Source: Felis catus | Lineage: Eukaryota | Direction of reading: 5' to 3' | DNA length: 64,000 nt | NCBI RefSeq assembly: GCF_018350175.1 | Contig: NC_058369.1 | Location: 7,442,001 to 7,506,000, forward strand | The notes under the pieces: generated by a model | The model's input: only the letters and a program-made list of their open reading frames with translations | Told to the model about the DNA's origin: nothing | Database searches by the model: none | Program-made: the position numbers and the translations under genes | Shown: piece by piece, positions 22,811 to 36,205 of the stretch | Layout: each line of letters opens with the position of its first letter | Numbering within the stretch: position 1 is the first letter of the stretch

Positions 22811-25800
22811 GGTAAATAACAAGCCCACAGGACTATGGCCCCATGCTGCCTCTCCCTAAAGTTGTCTTAACTACCAAGCTACAAACTTACAGAGCACTTG
22901 CCTAAGTCAACTGTCCCATTTCATGCCCCACAGTAAGTCTGAAGGAACAGTGATAATGCTGAATCCTCCTTGTCCATAGTTAAGAGCCAAGTTTAAAAGT
23001 CACCACCTCAGGGAAGCACTCCCTGATTACCTCCTTAAAGAAGCCCTTTTCGGTCCTCATCTCCCTGTCTGGCACTTCTCATGGCAGACACCATGCTATA
23101 TATAATTTGTTGGCTGGTATGGCTCCTTTCCACGAGGAAGCAAACATACAAGCACAAACACCTCATATCTTGGTCACTACCATGTCCCCGGTGCCTAGAA
23201 CAGCACTTGGCACAGAGTAAGTGCTCAATAAACATTTCTACAGTTTCTTTTGTTTTTTACAATGCTGCTTCTTCATGTATTAGGTGGTGGAGCTAGAACC
23301 GCAAACTCAGGTCTGTGGGGTTATACAGATGCTGGTGTTTCTACTCTGTTACTCTCCAACAGGTGACCCTACGACTCTCCCAACTCTGTGCATCTTTCAA
23401 GGCTGAGAGCAAACATCGCCACCTCCGGGAAGCTTCTCTGTCCCTGAAGACAGATCATGGACCCCTCCTGTGTGTGCCTCCATCATTCCCTACCCCTTCC
23501 CTCTCAAAAGGTTCCTATACTTTATACCTTTCCTTGCCCGGGTGGGTGTGTCTGTGTCCTATTAGGCGGTGCGGTCCGTAAGGGCAGGGCTGGTCTACTT
23601 TCCTGCTGTGGCCCCAATACCAGCACAAGCTGGACAGAGTAGGCAGGCCTCATCAGGACGTGAATGAATGAATGAATGAACGAACGAACGGACGGATGAA
23701 CAAATGCCTCCTGCATACTCCGAGTCTCCCATGGGACCTCTTTCTCCTCCACTCCGCTCACACCCTCTATTCCATTCTCTCGGGCTCACCTCCCTTCTCC
23801 TCCTTCCTTCCCAGGATGGATACGAGGGCTCTGGGTTTTGAAGGAGTCATGGGGCCTAAGGCAGTTGAGTGTAGCTTGGAAGCACACAAACCTCGGAGCC
23901 TAAAAGCCTGAGTTCAAGTCCTGGCTCCTCTGCTTGCTAGCTGTGTGGCCTTGGGCAAGTGACTTAACTTCTCTGCGCATCCGCTTCCACATCTGCAAAG
24001 TGGGTACAATAGCAGCGTCTTTCGAGAGGACTGTGGGGGGAATTAAATGAGCTATTCCGACCTGTTTCGGGGCAGCGTCTCTTCTTCTCAGTTCCCTTCT
24101 GCCATTCCCAGGCAAGTCCAGGAAGCGGAAGGCTGAGTCTCCGCAGTTCATGAATCCAGAAAGGATCTCAGCTGTATCAGGGGAGCCCCAGTGCCAAGTT
24201 GGCCTGATTTTCATCCCGAGAGAGCTGAGAACAGACATCCGCACTATGATTGGCATAAATGGCTGGTGCTCCTGTGACCCTGTTCGTTGGAGCCTTGGGG
24301 GTACAGGAGATGTTCTTGGGCCTCTGCCCCGATCTCACTGGGCACACCCACCCTGCATGTGCTGAGTGGGAGCTCCCAGCTAGCACCTGTGACCTTTTCT
24401 GGAGACCTGCCCTTGGCTTTTGGGAGTCACCACACCCTGGAGAGGCATGGGAGGGGTTCCCTACCCCCAGGAGCAGCCAAAACGGAACTGATACCATTGC
24501 TACAGTGGTCCAATTTATATTCCAGAGGGACCTCCGCCCCCATGGAGCAGGCCGAGCCTGGAAGGTACCTGAGACCCCCATCCCCTGCCCGCTTCTACTT
24601 TCCTCACCCTCCACCCACAATTAACCATATGCTCCAAACTCCCGTCTCAGGTTCTGCTTCTCAGGAACCCAACCTAAGACGGGGGCAAACAATGAACATG
24701 CAACGTAAGAGGGCATTTACGTGGGTGTCCCTCGCAAGCTCACATTCACACCCAGGCACTAAGTTCTGTCATTGCCACCTACACATGCAATCCGCCTGCC
24801 AATCCTGAGAGCGGCTCTCGCTTCGAAATGCATCCCGAATCCTGCCCAGTACGGCCGATCTCCACGGGCAGCCCCCATCGCTCTGCAAGGCTCGCTCTGC
24901 TACAATTTGCACATAAAATGTACTACCCCTCGATCCTACATTAAAATGTATCTTGCTTCTTGCGTGTCTCCCCCAAGATACCGTCAGTTCCCCAAGGGCA
25001 GGGATGTTTATCGCTGTGTTCTCCAACCAGAACAGGGCCTGGGACATAGTACGTGCCCAATAAACATTTCTGGAATTAAAGAACAAATTATTGAATGCAT
25101 TCGCTTAGAGACAGCTTTAATTACCTCTTTCTCTTACAGCTTTACAGTCAGAATCTACTCCCTTCTCCCTTGTCCCCATCTCATCTCCCCAGGGCAGTCG
25201 CCTCTGCCTTGGTCCCCCTGCGGCCACCCTCGCTCCGCAGCAGCCAGAGGGTGTCTGTGAGCAGCTGAGTCAGGCCATATGCTTCCTCTGTTCAGAACCC
25301 TCCATGGCTCCCACCTCCCCTGAGTAAAAGCCCAAATCCTCACCACTGCCCACAGGGCCCGTCCCCTCCCTGCCCTGTCCCCCTACCCCTCTCTCCCCCT
25401 CCCTCCCTCTGCTCCAGTCACAGGAGTCTCCTCCCTGTTCCTGCGACACCTCAAGCCCGCTTCTTCTATCTCAAGTCTCAAGACTGGCTATTCCTTTGGA
25501 ATGTCCTTCCGCCTCCTCCAAATCTTTACTCAAATGTCATTGTTTCCAGAGCCCTTCCCGGACGGCTCCCCCACCAGTCAAAACTATAAGTGTCTCAGCA
25601 TTACCCACCCCCTCTCTACCTTACCAACTTCTGACACACTACCTCATCTGTGCGCTGATTTCGTGTGCCATCATTCTTCCCTCCAGAATGCCAGGCAGGG
25701 ATGATTTTTATCTGTTTTTGTTCACTGCTGGGTCGCCCGCACCTACAATAGCACCTTACACACAACAGGTACTTGGTATTTGGCTTGTGAGTTTTTTAAA

Positions 25801-28800
25801 TTCTGCACGGCCACCCTAGGAGGCAGTGACTCTCAGTGTTCCCCTTACGCAGACGAGGAAACCAAGGCCCAGAGGGAAGCCATGGGAAGGCCCAGGAGCT
25901 GGGAGCGTGGGCGTTTCTATGGTGTGTGCGACTGTGTGTGCTGGTCTGAGCCCGAGGGGCTGTATCTGCCTGAATGTGAACACAGGAGGCCGCCCCGGAC
26001 ACGTTCAAGCAGATTTTGCATGTGAGTGTCTGTGTGTGGAAGGGGGGCAGTGGGCCAGACCGCAGGCAGGTGCAAACGCGCGTCTGCGTCCTTGCTGTGT
26101 GAGTATGTGTGTGTGACAGTGTCCTGGAGGACGGAGATTTGTGCACCCATAGCCAGGCGGTGTGCGTGCGTGTGTGGAGGGGTAGCTCTGGGAGGCTTGG
26201 CTGGGGTTGGAACTGAACTTAAAGGAAATTGGTGGGTGAGGGAAGAACCCCATCAGCCACAGGCCTGTTATTTATAGACGGATCTTGGTTCATAAATTCC
26301 GAATGTTTTTTTTTTTTTTTTATCTCTCTCACTGCCAGGCCCCTATAAATATTCATGAGCTTCCTGCCTCGGAATATTTAAGTAGTCGAAAGGAGGAGTG
26401 GGTGGACCGTGAGGGGAAGGAGAGGGTCTCCCGTGGCATTGGGAGGACACGCGGGTGGGGAGAACGGGGGTCTCTCTGGATTTGCCTTCTCCCCTCGGGG
26501 CTCCCCTTCCAAGCGGCAGCTGGCAAAACGAGGAAGGTTCTCAGCCAATACAGAGATCTCCCAATGCCTATTATTATTCTTTCCCAGTGTCTGTGGAAAA
26601 ATACCGCCCACTCCGGGGGCAGAGAAGGTGTCTGCGCTGTTTTCTCAGCTCTGGCTTGGAAACTCGTTACCCTGGGACCCCCAGCTCAGGAGGGAGGGGC
26701 AGGCCCCTCAGATGTGCCAGGAGGTAAGGGAGCTCCGCAGGCAAACCACGGGGAGGGCATGTGTGGCCCCCTGCCTGGTCCCAAGGAGAGGGGCGGGTCA
26801 TAAAGACTGGTCCATACGGGAGGAGATCAAGCGTGCGTGTGTGAGTGTGTAACTCTCTAGACGTGTTAGAAACTGGGGCAGTCAATACAACTGTTCACAA
26901 CTTTCCCGCCTCTTCTCTCTCGGGCCCAGATAGAACTGTGCTTCCCCAGTGTGGCCCCGTGACTCCCTTTAGCCAACGCCGTGTGAGTATTAGTGACTTC
27001 CCGGTGACAGCGTTAAGAGCCGGTGCATGACCTGGAAGTGCGTGTTGATGAGAAGCCTCTGTCAGCTGGGGTCCCCAGATGACCACATAAGGCAGAGACG
27101 CCCCCCCCTCCCCCCCCGTCAACTGCATGCAGCACGAGCTCATTTGATGAGTGTGATGGACGTGGGGCACGTCTGTGTCTGTGTGGCCAAGAACGCACAG
27201 CTGTGCATAGCCCTTTATAAGCCTGAGTGTGTGAGCATGAGCAAGTGTATGCACTTACACAAATGCGTGTATAAAGCAGGGATGAGTCAGAGTGTGCTCA
27301 ACTGCACCTGGGGGGTGGGGGGGAATGTGAACGTGGAAGGCGAGGCACTGAACGACACACCCTCCAGGGGGCGCTGTTCTCAGAGCACAACACTCCCTCT
27401 AGAATCTTGCCGCTTCACGGATGTGAAAATGTCATCGTGTGGGAGGCTGCGTCTGAGCGTGCTGCCTAGGTTAGCCGAGAGCGTGTATGTGTGCCCGAGG
27501 ATCTGTGTGTGGCTGCTGTGTCACTGTCCATGTCCGTGCAAGGCATGTGGCTGTGTGTTTGAGGCACAGGCGTGGGTTTGGTGCTGTGTGTGTGTGTGTG
27601 TGTGTGTCTACCGCAGTGTGAATGTGTGAGCCCCTGTGTGTTACGGGCCTGTGTGGAATGCAGGTATTGTTCTAGTCTGCATCAGAGTGGCCACCATCAA
27701 CATAGAGGCAGGGACGGCCACCCTGGGCATTCCCAAGCTGTCGGCTCTACTGAGCGTGTTTCCGGGCTCAGGCACCTGCACTGGCTCAAACTCGGGTCCT
27801 AGGATGACCTTACACTGGAAAATAATTCACTTCCTCTTATTAGTCCTGGGACACACCGTGTCATGTGCAATGGGCATTAATCACAGAGGGACCCAACAGT
27901 TTCAGGGAAGTGTCCCAACAACTAGAGAGATCCCCACAGGGCAAACCTGATGTGAGTGTGTAATTCAACTCCCCCAAGATAAGCCTATTTTCCGTTTCTG
28001 TTGTCATTAGCTCTGCTCTGCTCTATCCCAGGACCTGGGTTTGGCTTTGTCTACCTCAAGCTTCCACTGTAGCCCTGGTTCACCCAGGACTTGCATTTGT
28101 TCCTGGTTTCCTGGGACCAGGTTTATCTTTGGTCTATCCCTGGACCCAAGTTCAGCCTTTGTCTACCCAGGGTTTGGGCCTGACCCTCATCTGTCTCAGA
28201 GTCAACCATGGAGTATCTTAAGACCTCAGGGGTGTCTCCCTGTTCTGTCCCAGGACTTGAATTAATCCCCAGTCTTGGAACCCAAGTTGAGCCTGGTCTA
28301 TCTCAAAACTCAGTTTCCCCCGGATCTATCTCAGTATATGGGTTCACCTTGCCTGAGCTCGACCTTCACAATTGGGTGAGAAATCTACTAGCTGAAGGTT
28401 CCTCTTCTCAGCATCTCCCCACTCACGGAGCACTGCCCCCCCCTGGAGCTCAGGCCTCTGGGATGGATGTCCACTGCAACTGACTGTCATGCTCCAGGAT
28501 CAATGAGGGTAGGGGGACTTGATTTTTCTGAAACCATTATCTAAAATTCATCAAAGTGGATTTTATGGGTATTCTTCAAGGATTATTACAAGGCTTTCTT
28601 GATGGACTATTATAAACAGCATTAATCTTCAAGAATGGGGGACTTTACGACAACCCATCACAAGTCTTACCTCATAAATCCTGGACTTGGACATTCCCCC
28701 AGATGAGCTCTCGCTAGGCTCAGAGGTCACACCTCAGGCCAGGAGTTCAAGAGGGGACTTTGAAGAAGGCTTTCCTCATGGTTGTGTACCATGGGGAGGG

Positions 28801-29534
28801 CCGGCACACCATCACAGGGCAACCTGGGTGAAGCAGAAAGACTATACATTCTCTATTCTCCTCCAACCTTCCCTGATTTCCCAGGGAAATTAAGAGCCAT
28901 GACATGGAATCCCTCTTCTCCTGCCATCATTTGCAAACTTCTTCCCCCTCCTGGTCCTTACCTCCTGTAACAGAGGAGGAGCTGTCCTTCATCGTAAGGT
29001 TCATGCAGCTAATCTTGTTTTGGCCCTTTTCTTCTGTCTTGGGAGTCTTATACAATCAATATCCTGTCTTTGCCTTGCATATTCAACTTCTCCCTCCCAG
29101 GCAGAACTTTCTCATTAGTTTTTAAATAAACTCAAGCCTCCCTTATTAAAAAACTAAAATGCCTCACTTGATTCCTCCTTCCATCTGTCTCCCACTTCTC
29201 TCCTCTTCCCAGTTGCCTACACTAACTGCCTCTATTTCCTCCCTCTCTGAACTCCCTCCTCCACCATTCCTATCTCGTTTCTGACCCCATCATACCGCCA
29301 ACACAACTCTTGCAAAGTCCACCAAAGGCCTCCATGTTTCTAAATCCAATGGATGCTTTTCAGCCCGCCATCTTTCTTGACCTCTCCACAGGATTTCACT
29401 CTGTTGCCTTCTCTCTCTTTCTTGATACATTTCCTTCCCTTGGATGCCATGACACATGCTTACATGGTTCCTTCCTACCTCAACGCACCTCCTTTTTATC
29501 TTCCTCCACCTAGCCGTTGAGTGTTACTCTAGAC

Positions 29535-29720
29535 CAGGGATTCTCAACCTCAGCACTGTTGATATTTTGGCTGGATAACAATTCTGTGCCCTGTAGGATG
29601 TTTAACAGCTTCCACCCACTAGACACCATTAGTACCTCCTCCTAGTTGTGACAATGAAACATCTCCAGACATTGCCAAATGTCTCCTGAGTGTGAAATTG
29701 CCTCCTAGTTGAGAGCCACT
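29535..29720. mobile_element. MER20 hAT-Charlie DNA transposon
   Basis: CAGGGATTCTCAACC...CTCCAGACATTGCCAAATGTC...GTTGAGAGCCACT, with terminal inverted repeats. Confidence 0.85.
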
Positions 29721-31624
29721 TCCCCTTGCCAAGCTTCCATCACCACCTGCATGCATAAATGTCCTCAGAACTCCAAACCCATTTATACCTCTGACTCTTT
29801 GACCTGCCCCACCCCCTCAGAGGTCTCGAAAGCATCTCAATCCCAACACACTCAAATGAAATGCAAGATCTCCTCTCCAGAGCTTAACTCTCATCATCCT
29901 CACAGCATCCCCCCTCCCACTGCTTCCAAGTCAGATGCCCAGGCATTATCCTCTCCCCCATTTTTATTCCCTCACCAAGTCTAGTTGACTTTACCTCCTC
30001 AATACTTTGTGTTCATGCATGGTTGTTCATCTTTATGGACTGAATGATTGTCTATCACTCAATAGTCCAACTGAGTCCAAATGGCCCACCCTCACACTTC
30101 AGAAAGTCTATCTGGTCTACCTTGATGGACCCTTTCCCTTGAAAGTCCACTCTACACCCGAGAACCTCAGGGAACTCTCACAATGCACATCTGATCATAA
30201 CATCCTCCCAACCCAAACCTCATCGGTATATTCCCTTTATTCTTAGGATACAGACAAAACTCCTTAACATACTAATGAAGCCTTGGGGGTCTACTCTTTA
30301 CTTACCTCTTCTTTCATCCCACACAGTCTCTCCCCTCCAAGGTCTTCTTTAGTCTGTCATACTTTCACCCCAGGGCTTTTGCATAAGCAGTTCCCGCTGC
30401 CCAGAGCACCCTTGCTCTCAGATTCAGATCCCAGCTCTTGCTTCCTCCAACCTTTCAAATTAGATCAGATCCCCTTACTAGAAGCTCCTATAACACCAGG
30501 GATCTTTTCCTCCTAGCTGCTATCACAGCCGCCATTTATATTTATTCGTGAATATTGGATCATTACCTGTCTCCCTATTTTGAAGGAAGCCCCATGTACT
30601 CTGTCTGCTTGGCTCACCATCTTCTCTCCTGTGATGTATATATTAGGTCCTCAGAAGTACTTGTTGAATAAATACATGGATAGAAAAATGGCCCCAACTG
30701 CTTTCAGGATCAAGCTTGTCTTGCCCTGGCATTTGAGGCTCTCCATCACCTTGAGGACTGAACTCTCAGTCTATGTAAAGGTCAGAGCAGACACCAAAGG
30801 GCACAAGATGCCAAATGGAGAATAATAATTCAGCAGAAGCAGGAAGTCAAAGATAAGGGATGACCAAGAGAATACAGGTCCCCCCTGGGATGGAGGGAAT
30901 CTTGGGAAGACACTGGCTTTCCACAGAGCACAAAACAGGGTGCAGACCATTATCTCTTCCTGGCTATTAAGGGGCAGGGTGACCCAGAGGACATCTGGTC
31001 CCTTCTTCTTTTAGAAATTCTCCTTAGGATTCATGTTTCCCTCCAACTACCATCCCCTTCCTATGTTCCTTTTTCTCATCCCTCACATATCATCCATCAG
31101 CAATCCTGGTGGCTCTACTTAAGACATATGCCAAATCTGCCCACTGCTCACCATTCTGGATGCTTCTATTCTGGCCCAGCCACCACTGGCTTTTGCTTGG
31201 ACTATTGCAGTTACCTCCTCCCTGATCTCCCCACTCCCACCCTCACTCCCTGAAACCCATTCCCTAACAAGGAAGTTAGAGGGATCTTTAAACAACATGA
31301 GTCAGATGATGGCACTCTTCCCCTCTGCCACTGTCCAACGGTTTCACGTTGCATTTAGAATAAAAACTGATAACTCTCTTTGGCCTGTGAGGCCCTGTCT
31401 GCAGGGGACCCTGCTGACCTGTACAACCCCATCCCCTCCTTCTCTCAAGCCACCCACGCCCTGTCTTTCCAGAAAGGCACCAAACCTGTTCCCATGTCAG
31501 GGCATTTGCACTTGTTAGCTCATGCTCCCAGGACGCTCTGCTCGCACACTTTCCATGACCGAACTCCCTCTCATCTGTCAAGTCTCTGCTCAAAGGTCAC
31601 CTCCCCCCAAATTCCAGTGATAAT

Positions 31625-31727
31625 ACGAATAACTTCTGGGGATCTAATGTGCAGCATGGTGAATATAGTTAACGATGATGTGTTATATACTTAAAAGTTG
31701 CTAAGAGAGTAGATCTTGAAGTGTCAC

Positions 31728-31772
<45 letters not shown>

Positions 31773-31910
31773 GAGCACGCACAAAGGTAATTATAACCCT
31801 ACTGTGGTGATCGTTTCACAATATACACGTGTATAAAATCACATTGTTGTATACCTTAAACTTACACAATGTTATGTGCCAATTATATCTCATTAAAGAT
31901 GGAAAAAAAT
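31625..31910 (+). mobile_element. L1 3'-end fragment with embedded (CA)n
   Basis: GGATCTAATGTGCAGCATGGTG...TTGCTAAGAGAGTAGATCTT...TGTATACCTTAAACTTACACAATG. Confidence 0.8.
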
Positions 31911-32423
31911 GTCACCTCCCCAGAGAGCCTACCGAGACGTCCTGACAAAATGAGGCTCCCTGGTTACTTCCTTTCACGTCTCCTCATTGTTTTCTTTACA
32001 GCGCTTGCCTATCCAACACGAACTTGTTTATTTGTTTGCTTACGTGTTTGTTGTGTGTCCAGTAGAAAATACACATGACAAGACTGAAACAGATCTATCC
32101 TGTTCACAGCTGCGTCTCGGCACCTACAACAGTGCCCGGGATTCTGGGCACTCACTCAGTCTGTCCAGTGAATGAATGAATGCGTAGGTGATGGTGTCTA
32201 TCATGACCTCCCCTCCCAGTACTCTTTCCAAAAGAAGGCTCCTACCTGAAAATCCCTACTGAGAAAGACACCTCCATAACCACATGTTCCCAGGTGCCCG
32301 AGGCGTCCAGTCTCAGCCAACTGGACAAGTGGATTCCTGATACACATTGAAAGAGGCAAGTTCTCCAGTTGAGGGAGATGGAATTGGAACACGGAGGTCA
32401 AGGCAATTAAAAAGTGTGGAGCT

Positions 32424-32604
32424 GGGGCGCCTGGATGGCTCAGTCAGGTGAGTGTTCAACTCTCAATTTTGGCTTAGGTCATGATCTCATGGTTGTGGGA
32501 TCGAGCTCTAGGATGGGCTCCACACTGAGCGTGGAACTTGCTTGGGATTCTCTCTGGCCCTCTCTCTCTGCCCCTCCCCCACTAGTGCTCTGTGTTTGTC
32601 AAAA

Positions 32605-32639
<35 letters not shown>

Positions 32640-32641
32640 AT
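32424..32641 (+). mobile_element. Can-SINE with (TAAA)n tail
   Basis: SINE head and tail; TGTGGAGC duplicated on the flanks. Confidence 0.9.
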
Positions 32642-34303
32642 GCTGTGGAGCCTGGAGGTGAAGGTGCCCGGGGGATCAGGGGCTACAGAAACCCAGAGCT
32701 GGAGCGAGGGGGTCCCAGAATGGAGGGGGACAGGAGAGTGGGGACTCTCTCCTGAGTCCAAAGTAACCCTGCCTCTGCCACTATCCCTCGTCCTGTTTTA
32801 ACTCTCTGCACAGTGCGGTTACAGGATAACAATTTCTTGCTTGTTTCTGGTCTCTTGTCACTAAAATGCCAGCTCCATGAGAGCAAGTGTCCCGTCTTAT
32901 CTACCCGGCACATAGTAGGTGCACAGTAAATATTTGCTGACTGAAGTGATAAGTGAGTGAGGGAGTGATGGCTTTCCAAGGCCCTGGAGCCCCAGGCATT
33001 GGGTTGTGTGAGATTCCCTACATTCCCTACCTAAAGGTCCTCTTAAACGAGGCCATTTTAAGGGGCTTTCTATTCCAAACACACTCTCTGACACCCACCC
33101 ACCCCAGGCAGGCAGACAGATCAAACCATGATGCTTAGAGGCAAATAAGAATAAACAGAGATGTCAGGGAAGAGCCAACCAATGAGAAAGGAAACCATGG
33201 ATTTCAAGGACTGACTCTCTCAAGCGAGAGCAGGAGAGAAACAGGTGGAGCTGGAAGGCCGGAGGGACACTGCTGTGGGTGCCAGGACAGGACAGGCAGG
33301 GGGGATGACAGAAAAGGCTGGGGAACTGGATACAAAGAACCGGGATCTCTTTGCATTTTAAGGCGAATATTCATAATGGTAATAACGATTCTATCCAATG
33401 ATAATGATGGTCCCTAACATTCACTGAGCTCTGCCTTGTCCCAGGCATTCTAAGCCCTTTGTCAGCACTGGCCACCATAATTATCTCTGATGGCAGGGGA
33501 GAATCTCAGTTGAGACGTCTGGTGAGTGAGGCTGGGCTCAGGGCACTCTATTCCTGGATGGCATTGCCGGGTCACCCTGGTGCCCATGTGACTGTCTGGA
33601 TTTCCCCTCCTTGTTCTTCCGAAAAGGGCCTGGGGGCAGTTCCAAGGCCAGTCGTCTTGGCTTTGAGATCTCACTTTGCCAGCAGTCCAGAGAACTGGAA
33701 GGGGGAGGAGAGAATTGGTCATTGACTTCCCTAAATAGTAGCATGTGGGTATTAGGATACACAGGAGTTCTCTGTGTGGGCATCTGTGTGTGTCTACAGG
33801 CACCTGTGAGCATCTATGTTCTGGGCATACATGGAACATCTGGACACATCTGTGACTAGTCATAATAGAGTGCACGGCAGCGAAAATCCAGGCAAATGCT
33901 GGTGCGCGGCAGTGAACAAGTGCAAGTGTATGTGCATCAGCAACTGTCGCCCATGGCCACGAACAGTCCCTTCACTCTGACACGTTCCTAAGTGTTCTAC
34001 TCCCATATGTTCTGTGAACAAGTCATGAGCCCACAAGTCAATCTGCATAGCTGCTCTTTTTTACGTGTACCCTGGGTATACTTGTGTCTATTTGCTTTTT
34101 CCTCGAGCATTCATGGTTACGTGTGGCTCTACAGACGTATATGTAAATGTATATCACTTATACCCACAAACAGCTCTGCCACCGTGTGAAATCACCCAGG
34201 TGAACACCTCCCTATAAATACCCATGACCTTCTGTGTGACCCCATGTGCAGGTCGACCCAGAAGCCACACACCTTACACATCTGCGTCTATTCAAGAATA
34301 CCA

Positions 34304-35109
34304 GGGGTACCTGGGTGGCTCAGTCAGCTAAGCGCCTGATCGTGGGTTTCGGCTCAGGTCATGATCTCATGGTTCGTGAGATCGAGCCCCGCGTAGGGCT
34401 CCGCACTGACATCACAGAGCCTGCTTAGGATTCTCTCTTTCCCGGGGTGCCTGGGTGGCTCAGTTGATTAAGCACTGGACTCTTGATTTCAACTCAGGTC
34501 ATGATCTCATGGTTTGTGGTGAGTTCGAGCCCCATGTCGGGCTCTGTGTTGAGAGCGCAGAGCCTGCTTGGGATTTTCTCTCTCTCTCACTCTCTCTCTC
34601 TCAAAATAAATAAATAAACTTAAAAAAAAGGATTCTAGGGGCGCCTGGGTGGCTCAGTGTCCAACTTTGGTTCAGGTCATGATTTCTCAGCCTGTGGGTT
34701 CGAGCCTCGTGTTGGGCTCTGTGCTGACAGCTCAGAGTCTGGAGCTTCTGTGTCTCCCTCTCTCTCTGCCCCTCCCCGACTCACGCTCTGTCTCTCTCTC
34801 TCTTTAAATTAAATAAACTTTAAAAAAATTTTAAAGGATTCTCTCTCTGCCCCTCTCCCACTCTGTCTCAAAATAAATTAACTTTAAATTAAAAAAAATT
34901 TTTTTTAATGTTTATTTATTTTTGAGCGAGAAAGACAAAGCAGGAGTGGGGGGAGGGGCAGAGAGAGAGGGGAGACACAGCATCCGAAGCAGGCTCCAGG
35001 TTCTGAGCTGTCAGCACAGAGCCCGACGCGGGGCTCGAACTCACAAACCACGAGATCATGACCTCAGCCGAAGTCGGACGCTTAACCGACTGAGCCACCC
35101 AGGCGTCCC
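34304..35109. mobile_element. Nested cluster of four Can-SINEs (three +, one -)
   Basis: Heads at 34304, 34444 and 34638 (+) and 35109 (-); target-site duplications visible. Confidence 0.92.
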
Positions 35110-35515
35110 TGAAAAAAATTTTTTTAAAAGAATACTCATGCTCTTCCTAATTCCCTATGTCCGTTTGTGTCTACCTGTATCCATCAACATTCTCTCAGTA
35201 GGAACTGACATCTGTGTATATTCTGTCAGCCGCACTCTTAGGTCTCCCTGACTAACTCATTAGCATTGCAGTCAGTCCTGAAATATTCCTGCAGAATTTA
35301 TGCTTTACTAATAAACCTGGTGTCCTGCTGAGGTCACATGCCACTTACAAGGGCTAATGGAGCCAGCCACAGCCAGCAGCTTTGGGGAATCCTGGCCTCC
35401 TGGAATAGCCAGAGAATGCACTCACTATAATGAGCAAACTCCTCTTCCTTCTCACTGCACCGAGTGTCCCAGCCAGCGCCTGTCGAGCTATGTTTATGGT
35501 CCCTACACCACCCTG

Positions 35516-35762
35516 GCATCACTCACACAGAAGACCGCATCTCCAGATCTGTCATTGTACTGAAGGCCGCATCACTCATCAGGGTACTACACTGAGGGCT
35601 GCATCAACAGACTTGTCATTACACTGAAGGCTGCATTACCCTGTTGGGCATCACTCTGAGGGTTGCATCATCCAACCTGTCTTTATGTGAAGATGGAATC
35701 ATCCTTTTAGTCATAACACTGAGGGCCCCAATCCCAGGCTGAGCATTATACTGAGGGCTTTG
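35516..35762. repeat. Degenerate ~32-bp minisatellite, about 8 units
   Basis: Recurrent core CATTACACTGARGGCTGCATC at roughly 32-bp spacing. Confidence 0.75.
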
Positions 35763-35976
35763 TAACTAGAAAGTAAAACTTGAGAAGCGACATTTTCCTT
35801 CCTCATTGATAACTCCTCTGTGTGGGGTGAGAAGGGGCAGGCGGAGGCGAGGCTGAGAAGCACTCCGAAGGGAACTGTAGGACTACAGCAATAGGGGGAA
35901 GTGGGGACTCTGACGCTATGCACTGGGGAAGGGTGGCCACAGAGGTGAAAATAGTACATCAAAAGTTGGGGAAATT

Positions 35977-36105
35977 GGGGCACGTGGGTGGCTCGGTCGG
36001 TTAAGCATCTGACTTCGGCTCAGGTCATGGTCTCGCGGTTCGTGGGTTTGAGCCCCGTGTCGGGCTCTGTGCTGACAGCTCAGAGCCTGCAGCCTGCTTA
36101 GAATT

Positions 36106-36138
<33 letters not shown>

Positions 36139-36205
36139 TGCCCCTCCCCCTCTTTCTCTTTCTCTCTCTCTCAAAAATAAACAAACATTAAAATAATAAT
36201 AATAA
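35977..36205 (+). mobile_element. Can-SINE with internal (TG)n expansion
   Basis: SINE head, (TG)n at about 36108-36136, A-rich tail. Confidence 0.9.

Noticed and set aside
35516..35762. CRISPR-like appearance of the repeat-spacer array
   Set aside because: Mammalian intron; repeats are degenerate, linkers are only about 11 nt and mutually related, and there are no cas genes.
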